Shown: piece by piece, positions 9,596 through 17,992 of the stretch
Layout: each line of letters begins with the position of its first letter
Position numbering within the stretch: the stretch's first letter is position 1
Assembly: GCF_002075285.3 (NCBI RefSeq)
Contig: NZ_CP021983.2
Span: forward strand, 2,850,001 to 2,882,000
DNA from: Halomicronema hongdechloris C2206
GTDB lineage: Bacteria; Cyanobacteriota; Cyanobacteriia; Phormidesmidales; Phormidesmidaceae
Length of the DNA stretch: 32,000 nt
Direction of reading: 5' to 3'
Position numbers and translations under genes: made by a program
Notes under the pieces: model-generated
Seen by the model: the letters and a program-made list of their open reading frames with translations, nothing else
Told to the model about the DNA's origin: nothing
Database searches by the model: none

Positions 9596-10016
9596 TGATG
9601 GCCAGACGCACCGCGTTGCCGTCTGTACTCACCGCGACTGCCGCGATCCCCTCAGCGGGCTGACTGTGGAAGCGCTCTTCCCCCGCCGGTAGTGATAATA
9701 CGGTGTTGGGAATGGTGACAATTTGGGCGTTACCTAGGGTTTCCAGAGTGGGAGCTGGCAATACGCCATTGGCTTCGATGGTCAGGGTCAGTCCTGCGTC
9801 TGTCGGAGTCAGGCGCAGGTGGGTAATGGTGGCCGGCTCGCTCTCTAGTTGGGCTAGCCAGTCGGCAGCAGTCGGAGCCTTGTCAGGGTCGGTTGTGTCG
9901 GCAGCCACAGGTGCCACGAGGCCACCAGTCATACAGAGGAGGCCAGCAATGCCCAGGACACGGCCCAGGGTCAGGGAATATTTCAGGGAACTCACACCCA
10001 CACGCTGAGTCATCAT
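9591..10016 (-). CDS. Stand-alone AMIN-domain protein with signal peptide, probably the 5' remnant of a TonB-dependent receptor
   Basis: MMTQRVGVSSLKYSLTLGRVLGIAGLLCMTGGLVAPVAA is followed by ITHLRLTPTDAGLTLTIEANG...GNAQIVTIPNTVLSLPAGEERF...AVRLAIN*. This aligns with the first ~190 aa of the three receptors. It stops where the plug domain should begin. Confidence 0.7.
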   Translation of the reverse strand: MMTQRVGVSSLKYSLTLGRVLGIAGLLCMTGGLVAPVAADTTDPDKAPTAADWLAQLESEPATITHLRLTPTDAGLTLTIEANGVLPAPTLETLGNAQIVTIPNTVLSLPAGEERFHSQPAEGIAAVAVSTDGNAVRLAIN

Positions 10017-10113
10017 AAGCTGTTGCAAGTTGTTCTCAGAAGCTAGGGCATAGCATAGGGGATAGGGTGCGATGGTCGCAGACCGGCCTTCGGCCATCGC
10101 AACTTCCCCATCC

Positions 10114-10147
10114 CGGAATTTTTTTATCCCCAGCCGGAATCACTGCC
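10114..10147 (-). promoter_or_regulatory. Phased direct repeat (candidate operator) upstream of the AMIN remnant; distal copy degenerate
   Basis: CGGAATTTTTTTAT (10114-10127) and CGGAATCACTGCC (10135-10147) have GGAA cores 21 bp apart. The second copy keeps only CCGGAAT and overlaps the stop codon (10140-10142) of the AraC relic. Confidence 0.35.
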
Positions 10148-10607
10148 GTAATTGCCGCGGGCTCACCCCAAAGGCTCGCTTAAACGCTGCGGCAAAATGC
10201 CCCACATGGGTATAGCCCACCGCCGTTGCTGCCTCAGTCACACTCATCTCCTGCTCCAACAGCAATTCCCTCGCCTGTTCCAGACGCCGCTGCCGCAGAT
10301 AGCCAAAGACCGTGGTGCCAAAGACCTGCTTAAAGCCCCGCTTCAGAGTGCAGTCATTCAGCCCTACCCAGCGGGCCAGTTGCAGCAGCGACGGAGAATC
10401 GTCCAAATATCGCTCGAGCAGATCGGCAGCAGCGTGAATCTGCTCAATTTGAGCCGGTTTCAGGGATACACCACTGGGCACTATCGGCGCTGCCTGACAA
10501 TACTGATGGGTTTGCAAGGCAATGAGCTCAAGCACCTTACCTTCTAGATAGAGCTGTCGTGTCCAGCCTTCGTAAGGACAATTTAAAATTTGCTGCAACG
10601 CCCACTG
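10140..10607 (-). pseudogene. AraC family regulator, C-terminal half only (HTH domain)
   Basis: The part of ORF 10140-10862 from ...QWALQQILNCPYEGWTRQLYLEGKVLELIALQ... to ...FGTTVFGYLRQRRLEQARELL...HFAAAFKRAFGVSPRQLRQ* aligns with residues ~185-342 of AraC copy 1. No sensing domain is present. Confidence 0.75.
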
Positions 10608-10700
10608 TACTCTGCCATGGTTGAGCACAATGATGCGATCGCACCTCTCCAGCACGGCGCGGCGATGGGAGACAATAAGGAGAGTGACAGAATGAGGTAA
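10608..10700 (-). pseudogene. Relic of an ABC-transporter ATPase C-terminus (H-loop region) fused in frame to the AraC relic
   Basis: In the same ORF, DLPHSVTLLIVSHRRAVLERCDRIIVLNHGRV matches the canonical ...TVLIVSHRL..ADRIIVL..GRV end of ABC nucleotide-binding domains. Further upstream the ORF overlaps the DUF29 gene on the other strand. Confidence 0.55.
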
Positions 10701-10718
10701 ATCAGTACGGTGATTCCC

Positions 10719-11159
10719 ATGCAAACCACCACGCTCTACGCCCAAGATTTTCACGCTTGGACTCAGCACCAGGCAGAGTTGCTGCGCTCTGGCCGTCTTA
10801 GGGAACTGGATATTGAAAATCTGATCGAGGAGATTGAATCGTTGGGCAAGCAACAACGGCAAGAGCTATGCAATCGCCTCGGTGTTTTGCTGGGGCATCT
10901 CCTCAAGTGGCGCTACCAACCAGAAGCCCGATCTAAAAGTTGGGCTGCAACCATCCGCGAGCAACGTCGAGAAATTCATGAAATCTTGGAGGATAATCCC
11001 AGCTTGAAGCCCTACCTGGCAGAAGCAGTCATCAGAGGTTACCGGAAAGGACTGGATTTAGTCAACCGGGAAACGCCTTTAGATCCAGATCAACTCCCTC
11101 AATCTTGCCCCTTCACTGAGGCAGAAATCTTTGAAGCGCCAGTGGACTGGCAGCGGTAA
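10719..11159 (+). CDS. DUF29 domain protein
   Basis: MQTTTLYAQDFHAWTQHQAELLRSGRLRELDIENLIEEIESLGKQQRQELCNRLGVLLGHLLKWRYQPEARSKSWAATIREQRREI. The ATG is at 10719. Confidence 0.85.
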   Translation: MQTTTLYAQDFHAWTQHQAELLRSGRLRELDIENLIEEIESLGKQQRQELCNRLGVLLGHLLKWRYQPEARSKSWAATIREQRREIHEILEDNPSLKPYLAEAVIRGYRKGLDLVNRETPLDPDQLPQSCPFTEAEIFEAPVDWQR

Positions 11160-11329
11160 CTCCCTTAGGCGAGCGTCCCATACCCCAATGTAGCCAACGT
11201 GGTGGCTCACAGTGACGATCTGTCAAGCCGCGAAACCTTTAAAGGTTAAGTAACGCATATCCGTCCTCGAAACAACAAGTCTTCTTGGGGATAGAAATTG
11301 TCAATCAGTAGATTCAGCTCAGAGCAACT

Positions 11330-11866
11330 TTACTCAAACACAGGCGGCCACAGCTCAGAGATGGGCAATTCCCAACCCGGTAGCAAGTCTGGAACAGTTA
11401 ATACATCCCCATCGCCCAATGTGATTGACGCTTGCTCTGGGCGTCGAATTTCCACTGTGTGGTCTTCTGGATTCACCAAAAGCCCAACCACTGTGCCTTG
11501 AGTGAGGAACTCATCAATCTTGTCTCGCAGCTCCTCCACCCGATCGGTGGGTGATTTAACTTCTACCATCAAATCAGGAGGAATAGTGGCATAGCCACGA
11601 GGAGAACGGGGAAGCCGCTCAGCCCGGATAAACGAAACATCGGGAGCGCGGGTATTGGCAAGGCTGAACCCGGCACTCGATCCAGTAATCCGTCCGAGCT
11701 GCCGAGGTTTGACCCAGTTCCACAGGTTCGCCCCGACCTGAAAAGCAACCTCATCCGACTCATACCCAGAAGGACTCATGACGATAATCTTGCCATCAAC
11801 CAACTCCAGTCGATAGTCGGGATAGTGGGCTTGCAAGTCCTCTAAGTCTTTGACAGTCAGTGACAT
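11330..11866 (-). CDS. Uma2 family endonuclease
   Basis: MSLTVKDLEDLQAHYPDYRLELVDGKIIVMSPSGYESDEV...APDVSFI...PPDLMVEVKSPTD...EFLTQGTVVGLLVNPEDHTVEIRR. The ATG is at 11864-11866. Confidence 0.85.
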   Translation of the reverse strand: MSLTVKDLEDLQAHYPDYRLELVDGKIIVMSPSGYESDEVAFQVGANLWNWVKPRQLGRITGSSAGFSLANTRAPDVSFIRAERLPRSPRGYATIPPDLMVEVKSPTDRVEELRDKIDEFLTQGTVVGLLVNPEDHTVEIRRPEQASITLGDGDVLTVPDLLPGWELPISELWPPVFE

Positions 11867-11933
11867 AGGGCTTCCAGACAATCCGTGTCTGCCGAATTCA
11901 ATTTCCTGCCATTATTGTGGCACTAGTTCAATA

Positions 11934-12330
11934 TATGACTTACCCAGCGACGACCCGGAGGAACCTGGCTTGCCTGATGTTGGCGCTAGCCCGTCGCGAG
12001 ACGTATTTCATGACTTTCAACCGGAGTTATTACGATTCACGTTTCGGCCTCCCACCCATTGGCCCGAACAGGTGTTTAGCGGCAGCGACATGAACCTCTA
12101 CTACGATGGTCGCTACCCAAATTGGTATAAGCGTCCAGATTGGTTTGGGGTTGTGGGAGTTCCCCGACTCTATGACGGACACGATTTGCGTCTTAGCTAC
12201 GTAATCTGACAAGAGGGAGTCAGTCCCTTTGTGGTGGTTGAGCTTCTGTCACCCGGTACTGAGGCTTGAAGACCTGGGACAAACCGAACCAGAAGACCAT
12301 GAACCGCCAACAAAGTGGCAAGTCTATGAG
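11934..12330 (+). pseudogene. Uma2 family endonuclease, decayed (nonsense, frameshift and 3' truncation)
   Basis: YDLPSDDPEEPGLPD...FHDFQPELLRFTFRPP...DMNLYYDGRYPNWYKRPDWFGVVGVPRLYDGHDLRLSYVI*QEGVSPFVVVELLSPGTEA. The TGA at 12207-12209 sits where the family has Trp. An extra T near 12267 shifts the frame. The shifted frame continues EDLGQTEPEDHEPPTKWQVYE, and homology ends near 12330. Confidence 0.75.
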
Positions 12331-12377
12331 GGGAAATTTTGCGCTAGGTTCCGTAGCCTGCTCTAGCCACAATGCGA

Positions 12378-12687
12378 TCAGTTCGACGCTCTTGCTCTCC
12401 TAGATACAACTGCTTCACGACACCCTGATAGGGACGACAGGTTAAACACCCACTCTAGGCAATCCGTGACGTCCTCCTGCCCCTCAGATGAGATTAAGTC
12501 GTCGTGAAATCGATAGCGATGCAGCGTCAGGTCAATGCCGCTGGGCAACGCGATATCGCGCCTATAACCCTGGCCAATATGTTCAGGACAGAGGGCAATG
12601 CGATCGCCACTATCCTGTGGATCAGCTTGCTGAGCCTGCTGCCGACTCTCCATCCACAGGTCACACCAACTTTTGTCCGAAATCGAG
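12378..12687 (-). pseudogene. AraC family regulator, N-terminal fragment only
   Basis: LSISDKSWCDLWMESRQQ...CPEHIGQGYRRDIALPSGIDLTLHRYRFHDDLISSEGQEDVTDCLEWVFNLS aligns with the first ~95 aa of AraC copies 1 and 3. No ATG sits at the expected start, and the reading frame ends in unrelated sequence. Confidence 0.65.
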
Positions 12688-12690
12688 AGA

Positions 12691-13686
12691 TCAGTCCTCT
12701 ACTAGGTACTTAAACAGGTCATCCAACACCGCGTTGGCTGCCAAGGGGCCATCCCCGATCCAGTAGCTGGGCACTTCATAGACGCGCCCTTGCTGCACCG
12801 CCTGCAGTTGCGACCACAGGGGATCGGTCTGCAGCCTCGCCTTTTGCGAGTGGGCCTGCCGGATCAGCTGATCGTTGCCGCCGTAAGTCCACAGGAAAAT
12901 CACGTCGCCATCGGCATCGAGGAGACGCTCGCGACTGATGGAATACTGGATGGGGTTGCCGGTTAGGGCATTGGCTTCGGCAGCGGTGAGATCTTGGCTG
13001 GGGGGGCGCGACAACCCGGCATCGGCAACGATGGTGCCGCAGAAGGAGTCTTTCAGGTACAGGTTCACCCGATCCGGGTAGACGCGGACAATGGAGACGT
13101 CGAGTTGACTGAGGCGCTCTGCCCCGCCCATGGCCCGCTGGAACTCCTCGATGCGGGCATCATACTCTGCCATTACCTGCTCGGCCTGGTCGCGACGGTC
13201 AAGTGCGATCGCCACCTCCCGAAAAAAGCGCTTCCATTCACCGCTGTAATCAAACGGCACTAGCACCGTTGGGGCAATCTGCGACATCGCCCGATAGTTG
13301 AGGTCAAGGTACTCTCCCCCTAGAATCAGATCCGGCTTCAGGGACAGGATTTTCTCTAGGCTGGGGGCGTTGCCGCCCCCCACATTCGTAATGCCCTCGA
13401 CCTCATCTTTCAAGTAAGCCTTCGGACTGGTGACATCGTCGCTGCCAATGGGCTGCACCCCTAACGCCAAGACGTATTCTAAATTGCCCAGCGCCACCAC
13501 CCGTTGCGGGTCAGAGGGGACACAGGTTTCCCCCTTGGCATGGCTGACAACGTGACACGACGAGGTGGTCTCGTCTGGTCTATCAGGGGGCGTAGCCGAG
13601 TCTGGCGATCGCCCCCCACAGGCGACCACCAGCGCCAACATCCCCGCCAATGCGATCGCCAGCCACCGGCGTCCCTGTCGTCTCAT
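12691..13686 (-). CDS. Iron-siderophore ABC transporter substrate-binding lipoprotein, copy 2
   Basis: The ATG at 13684-13686 gives MRRQGRRWLAIALAGMLALVVACGG (lipobox). The C-terminus is DPLWSQLQAVQQGRVYEVPSYWIGDGPLAANAVLDDLFKYLVED. Confidence 0.9.
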   Translation of the reverse strand: MRRQGRRWLAIALAGMLALVVACGGRSPDSATPPDRPDETTSSCHVVSHAKGETCVPSDPQRVVALGNLEYVLALGVQPIGSDDVTSPKAYLKDEVEGITNVGGGNAPSLEKILSLKPDLILGGEYLDLNYRAMSQIAPTVLVPFDYSGEWKRFFREVAIALDRRDQAEQVMAEYDARIEEFQRAMGGAERLSQLDVSIVRVYPDRVNLYLKDSFCGTIVADAGLSRPPSQDLTAAEANALTGNPIQYSISRERLLDADGDVIFLWTYGGNDQLIRQAHSQKARLQTDPLWSQLQAVQQGRVYEVPSYWIGDGPLAANAVLDDLFKYLVED

Positions 13687-13786
13687 CGGCTCCAATCTCT
13701 CAAGCTGCTAATCCCCGTTCCCCGTTCTCTGTTTTTCCCCGTGGGTCCGTCCCTGGCCCCTCATGACGTCCTCTAAGTCAATTTTC

Positions 13787-13828
13787 TGCATTGGGCGCGG
13801 TAACCACTGCATTGGGCGCGGTAACCAC
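13787..13828. repeat. Perfect 21-bp tandem duplication TGCATTGGGCGCGGTAACCAC x2
   Basis: Read directly at 13787-13807 and 13808-13828, in the gap between receptor 2 and its binding protein. Confidence 0.9.
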
Positions 13829-13856
13829 GCCCCTACCCTGTCTCCCATTCCCTTTT

Positions 13857-13891
13857 CCGTCCTCCGTCCTCCGTCCTCCGTCCTTCGCCCT
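13857..13891. repeat. Heptamer tandem repeat (CCGTCCT)x4 plus one degenerate unit
   Basis: ccgtcct ccgtcct ccgtcct ccgtcct tcgccct, immediately downstream of the receptor 2 stop codon (13894-13896). Confidence 0.9.
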
Positions 13892-13893
13892 GC

Positions 13894-16392
13894 CTAAAAC
13901 TCCACCGAGAGGGTGCCAATGATCGTCAACGGTGCGCCCGGTTCGATGGCCACCCGGCCAAAGTTATTGGCCGTGAAATAGCGCACATCAAACAAGTTTT
14001 GCACATTGATGGCCGCCCGCCAGTTATCTCGGTTGTAAAACACGGCGGCATCGGTGCGCCAGTAACCGGGCAAGTCGAAGGTGTCACCGAAGTCTCCGGC
14101 CCGTTCACCCACATGGAACACGCCAGCGCCAAACCCAAGTCCCTGCAGGTCGCCCGACTGAATCTCATAGGTGGTCCAGAGGCTGGCCGTGTGTTCAGGG
14201 ACATTGTCTACTCGACTCCCCGGTTCCAACCCAAAGAACTCCTCCGTGAATTCGGCATCGATATAGCCTACCGAGGCAATCACGTTCCAGCCCGGCAAAA
14301 TTTCACCGCTGATATCCAGTTCAACACCGCGACTGCGCTGCTCGGCAGTCGGGACAAAGGCTCCGGTAGCCGCATCAAAGGTAGCTAACCCAGAGCGATT
14401 AATGTGGAAGACAGCCAAATTGGCAATCAGATTTCCCTGCAGCAGTTCAGCCCGCAGGCCCACTTCGTATTGGGTGCCCCGTTCTGGGTCTAAGAAGTTG
14501 CCATCGATATCGGTGCCAAAGTTAGGCTGAAACGAGCGGGAGAAGCTGGCGTAGAGGGCCAAGGGCTCAACCGGGCGATACAGCAAGCCAATGGAAGGGC
14601 TAAAGGCGGTAGGCGACTGGCTGTCGCTGGTGCCAGTCAGGTTGTTCTCGCTGCGTTGCTCGACAAAATCAACCCGACCCGCCAGCAATAGCTGTAAATT
14701 ATCGGTCAGCTCGATCTGGTCTTGGGCAAAAATGCCGATACTGTCAGTGCGGATGAAGTTATCTCGCACCACATTGGTCAGCTCCGCAAAGCTCGGCGGC
14801 GTGACCTGATTGTAGACCGGATTGAAGATATTGATACTCGGGGTGAGGCCTGCTGGCAGTCGGCTCTGGGTACCGCCGTCAGTCACTCGCGAGAGGTCAA
14901 ATCCCAGCAGCACATTGTGTTCTAACGACCCGGTGTTGAAACGGCCATTGACCTCCGTTTGCAACAAATAAGTTTGAGAAAGGTCATCGTTGGAGCGGAA
15001 GTTACGAGTCAGCTCTCCTGTAGCCTCATTCAAGTTAAGCGGTTCAGCCCGAAAGTCCACCGTATCAGAGGAGAGGAATCGAAACGCGTTTCGAATACCC
15101 CACTGATCATTGAATTGGTGTTCGAGACGGTACCCGGCTGAGATTTCTTCCAGCTCGTAGAAATCATCTGGTTCCCCCAAGAATCGGCGTACCGGAATAT
15201 CGGCCACATCACGACCCGAGGCTACCAGGCCCCGATCAAAGGGACGCTCACTATCGAGGTAGCTGAACTCCAGGGTCAGGGTGGTGTCATCGGTAATATC
15301 CCAGGCCAGCACTGGCGAGACAAAAACACGCTCCACATCTTGGTCTAAATCGCGAAAGCCATCGGAGCCTTCATAGGCCAGATTGACGCGATAGCGAAGA
15401 TCTCCGGCGTCTGTCAGGGGACCCGAGAGATCCGCCGTGGGACGGATAAAGCCGAAGCTGCCTGCCCGCAGCTGGGCTTCGTAGCGGGGATTAGCCAGGG
15501 GCTGTTCCGTCACCACATTGATGGCGCCACCCGGTTCTAGATTGCCTTGCAGGACCGAAGCTGGCCCTTTGATCACCTCAATACGCTCGATATTGGACGT
15601 CTCCAGAATGGAAAAGGTGGGATCGCGGAAGCCATCCCGGAAGATATTGCGCAGGAAAAATCCCCGCATAATAAATTGGTCGGCAGTGCCGCCGAAACCG
15701 CCATCTCTGACTACATTGCTGACGTTGCGCAGGGCATCGCCTACCCGATTGGCCGCCTGATCCTCGATCACTTGGCGCGGCACCACCTGAATGGAGCGGG
15801 GGGTGTCGCGCAGGGGCACATCCAGGCGGGTAACGCTGGCTTCGGTGGGCACATAGTCACTGCGCTCGCCCGTCACCAGAATCTGCAGGGCCTCCTCGTC
15901 AGCGGCGGCCGCCGCCGCTACCCCTGGCACCACGCTCAGCACTAAGCCCGTGGCCTCTACGCTGACGTCGGTGGTCGGTGGCGCCTCAATACCGGTGATC
16001 GAGACCTGCACCCGATCGCCGGCCAGATTGGTCAGGGCAACTCGGGCAATGCCATCAATGGGATCGGCCACCTCAAAGCTGTCACCGTCGGGCAGCGCCA
16101 ACACGGCATTGGGAATCTCGGCAGTCAGGGCATTCCCCGCCGTTGTCGTCTCCGGTGCAGTTAGCGTACCAGAGGTCTCCAGCACCAGACGCAATCCCGT
16201 TGCACTGGTGTCTACCTGCACATCCGTAATCTGCACTAGCCCCTGAGCCAAGTCCAGCTGACTCGCCTCGGCGCTGAGCGATCGCGGGCGCTCGCTACGC
16301 CTGTCTTCGGTTTCCGCCGCCCCAGGAGACAGCGGCACAAGTGCTAGCACTCCGGCTAACAGCAGTAATCGTTGCAACTTATCAACCATCAC
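13894..16392 (-). CDS. TonB-dependent siderophore receptor with AMIN-type extension, copy 2
   Basis: 832-aa ORF (GTG at 16392, ATG at 16389). ITDVQVDTSATGLRLVLETSG...GNALTAEIPNAVLALPDGDSF...VQVSITGIEAPP. Plug motif IERIEVIKGPASVLQG. Terminal strand TIIGTLSVEF. Confidence 0.92.
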   Translation of the reverse strand: MMVDKLQRLLLLAGVLALVPLSPGAAETEDRRSERPRSLSAEASQLDLAQGLVQITDVQVDTSATGLRLVLETSGTLTAPETTTAGNALTAEIPNAVLALPDGDSFEVADPIDGIARVALTNLAGDRVQVSITGIEAPPTTDVSVEATGLVLSVVPGVAAAAAADEEALQILVTGERSDYVPTEASVTRLDVPLRDTPRSIQVVPRQVIEDQAANRVGDALRNVSNVVRDGGFGGTADQFIMRGFFLRNIFRDGFRDPTFSILETSNIERIEVIKGPASVLQGNLEPGGAINVVTEQPLANPRYEAQLRAGSFGFIRPTADLSGPLTDAGDLRYRVNLAYEGSDGFRDLDQDVERVFVSPVLAWDITDDTTLTLEFSYLDSERPFDRGLVASGRDVADIPVRRFLGEPDDFYELEEISAGYRLEHQFNDQWGIRNAFRFLSSDTVDFRAEPLNLNEATGELTRNFRSNDDLSQTYLLQTEVNGRFNTGSLEHNVLLGFDLSRVTDGGTQSRLPAGLTPSINIFNPVYNQVTPPSFAELTNVVRDNFIRTDSIGIFAQDQIELTDNLQLLLAGRVDFVEQRSENNLTGTSDSQSPTAFSPSIGLLYRPVEPLALYASFSRSFQPNFGTDIDGNFLDPERGTQYEVGLRAELLQGNLIANLAVFHINRSGLATFDAATGAFVPTAEQRSRGVELDISGEILPGWNVIASVGYIDAEFTEEFFGLEPGSRVDNVPEHTASLWTTYEIQSGDLQGLGFGAGVFHVGERAGDFGDTFDLPGYWRTDAAVFYNRDNWRAAINVQNLFDVRYFTANNFGRVAIEPGAPLTIIGTLSVEF

Positions 16393-16451
16393 ACCACAGG
16401 AATAAATGCCAATGGCTCTGGCGCTGAAATCGCAGCGTTGCCAGGGCCATA

Positions 16452-16470
16452 ATTAAGAACTTGTCTCAAG
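16452..16470. promoter_or_regulatory. Degenerate 7-5-7 palindrome upstream of receptor 2
   Basis: ATTAAGA-acttg-TCTCAAG has the same geometry and half-site as the AraC-upstream palindromes (ATTGAGA-N5-TCTCAAT). It lies 60-78 bp upstream of the start. Confidence 0.3.
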
Positions 16471-16518
16471 AAGATACAGGATGACGGGGACAGGGCAATA
16501 CCGCTGGCGATCCGGTGG

Positions 16519-16552
16519 CGGAGTTTTTGCGATCGCATCCCGGAGTTTTTGC
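16519..16552 (-). promoter_or_regulatory. Phased direct repeat (candidate AraC-type operator) upstream of receptor 2
   Basis: CGGAGTTTTTGC occurs at 16519-16530 and again, identically, at 16541-16552, exactly 22 bp apart. Confidence 0.5.
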
Positions 16553-16655
16553 CAGGACACCCAGCTTAGTTTCGACAACGCCCACGCCACCCGACTTGGG
16601 CTCCTTGGTTGCGATCGCATAGGATCAAAAAACAACTCGATCTGCCGTCATCGCT

Positions 16656-17244
16656 ATGGTTGCCTCGCCCCAGTCCGTCACCCCTGAAGACTACCTACAG
16701 CTAGAGGCTGAAAGCCCCGTCAAGCATGAGTACCTTGATGGCGACATTTACGCCATGGCTGGGGCCAACGATGCCCACGTCACCATTGCCCTCAATCTAG
16801 CTACCCTACTCCGCAGCCACTTGCGAGGCAGCGGCTGCCGCGTACATATCGGATATGAAGGCCCGCATCGAAGCCCGCAACCGCTTTTTCTATCCCGATG
16901 TGATGGTGACCTGCGACGGGCGCGATCGGGAAACGTCGGACTACAAACGCTTTCCCAAGTTGATTGTAGAAGTGCTATCGGAGTCTACCGAGGCGTTTGA
17001 CCGGGGTGATAAGTTTTTGGATTACCAAGCCTTAGACAGCTTGGAAGAGTACGTGCTGATCAATACGCGCCATCAACGGGTGGAGTGCTTTCGTTGTAAT
17101 GAGGCCGGGTTGTGGGTATTGCAGTATTACACCCCTGAGACAACCACGTTTTCCCTGAAGAGCCTCGATTTTAGCGATACCCTGGCAGCCCTCTATGAGG
17201 ATGTGGTGCTGGCAAGGGCAGATGCAGTAGATGCGATCGCATGA
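16656..17244 (+). pseudogene. Uma2 family endonuclease with a frameshift
   Basis: ORF 16656-17000 (VKHEYLDGDIYAMAGANDAHVTIALNLATLLRSHLRGSGCRVHI) and ORF 16855-17244 (MKARIEARNRFFYPDVMVTCD...PKLIVEVLSESTEAFDRGDKF) are consecutive parts of one Uma2 protein in different frames. They join near 16851 (atc-g-gat-atg). Confidence 0.8.
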
Positions 17245-17337
17245 CCCTGTCCTGACCCGATAGTCGCAGTGACAGCTAGGTGATTTGTGAGAAGGCTGGC
17301 AGCGCGGCCTAGAATTATGCGGTGCGTTGGACTGTTG

Positions 17338-17721
17338 CTACTCAGTTTGTTCCAAAATTTCAGACATGCGGTTGGCTAATTGCTGATCAAGGGTAAGCAG
17401 TTCCAGGCAAGTGACCTTTGCTGTAGCAGCAATAATAGCATCGGGTATTTTTAGGCTATATTGCCGTCGAAATTGAATCGTCATATCTTCTATGGCCTGA
17501 GTCATCGGGAGATATCGCATGATCTGGAGAATGCGAGTAATGCCCTGTACTTCAGCCTCTGTAATTCCCGGATAACTCAATAGTTCAATACGGGTTATGA
17601 AACTATGAGCGCAAATATCTAGCTCAACTGCGTGATCTTGTAAGATGCCAAGAACTATTTGATGACCTTTGAGGAGACCAATAACGATGTTGGTATCTAG
17701 CAGAAACTTACTCCCACTCAC
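17338..17721 (-). CDS. PIN-domain toxin (VapC-like)
   Basis: KFLLDTNIVIGLLKG...FITRIELLSYPG...IPDAIIAATAKVTCLELLTLD. A GTG at 17719-17721 overlaps the upstream antitoxin stop by 14 nt. The ORF-track start at 17787 is probably too far upstream. Confidence 0.8.
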   Translation of the reverse strand: MSGSKFLLDTNIVIGLLKGHQIVLGILQDHAVELDICAHSFITRIELLSYPGITEAEVQGITRILQIMRYLPMTQAIEDMTIQFRRQYSLKIPDAIIAATAKVTCLELLTLDQQLANRMSEILEQTE

Positions 17722-17929
17722 GTCGCATTGCCCTCTGAATCGCAACGGAATCTTCATTAAAGTTGGGAGAGTCTTTGAGAATACCAAAGTAGGTGGTAAT
17801 GGATGAATTATTTAGATTGTCACTTGCCTGAGTTCGCTGATGTACAAACTCTGCAAAGACTAAAACTAAGTTAGCTTGGTCTTCAGGTAGGGTTTTAACC
17901 AGCTCATAAATAGTCTCTGCCGTACTCAT
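17708..17929 (-). CDS. Putative antitoxin partnered with the PIN toxin
   Basis: Small ORF MSTAETIYELVKTLPEDQANLVLVFAEFVHQRTQ...GILKDSPNFNEDSVAIQRAMRREWE (ATG at 17927-17929). It overlaps the PIN gene start, the typical VapBC arrangement. The family assignment is tentative. Confidence 0.6.
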   Translation of the reverse strand: MSTAETIYELVKTLPEDQANLVLVFAEFVHQRTQASDNLNNSSITTYFGILKDSPNFNEDSVAIQRAMRREWE

Positions 17930-17992
17930 GATGACTGTTATCCTTAATTTTTTTCTTGCCTGAACATTAACCTCCAGCATTCTTATTCTAGG

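Noticed and set aside
10140-10862. The 240-aa ORF taken at face value as a short AraC-family gene.
   Set aside because: Its N-terminal third overlaps the DUF29 gene on the opposite strand. Its middle is an ABC ATPase C-terminal relic, and only the last ~155 aa are AraC-like. I treat it as a fusion of fragments, not a functional gene.
11234-11247. The perfect 14-bp palindrome AACCTTTAAAGGTT between the convergent DUF29 and Uma2 genes.
   Set aside because: It has no loop, so it cannot form a terminator hairpin. No T-tract follows, and no second copy occurs in the window, so there is nothing to support a function.
12331-12343. GGGAAATTTTGCG, which resembles a single operator half-site.
   Set aside because: No partner copy lies at a 21-22 bp spacing, and no receptor-type gene lies downstream in the appropriate orientation. 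It is probably chance, or an eroded relic at the recombination junction.
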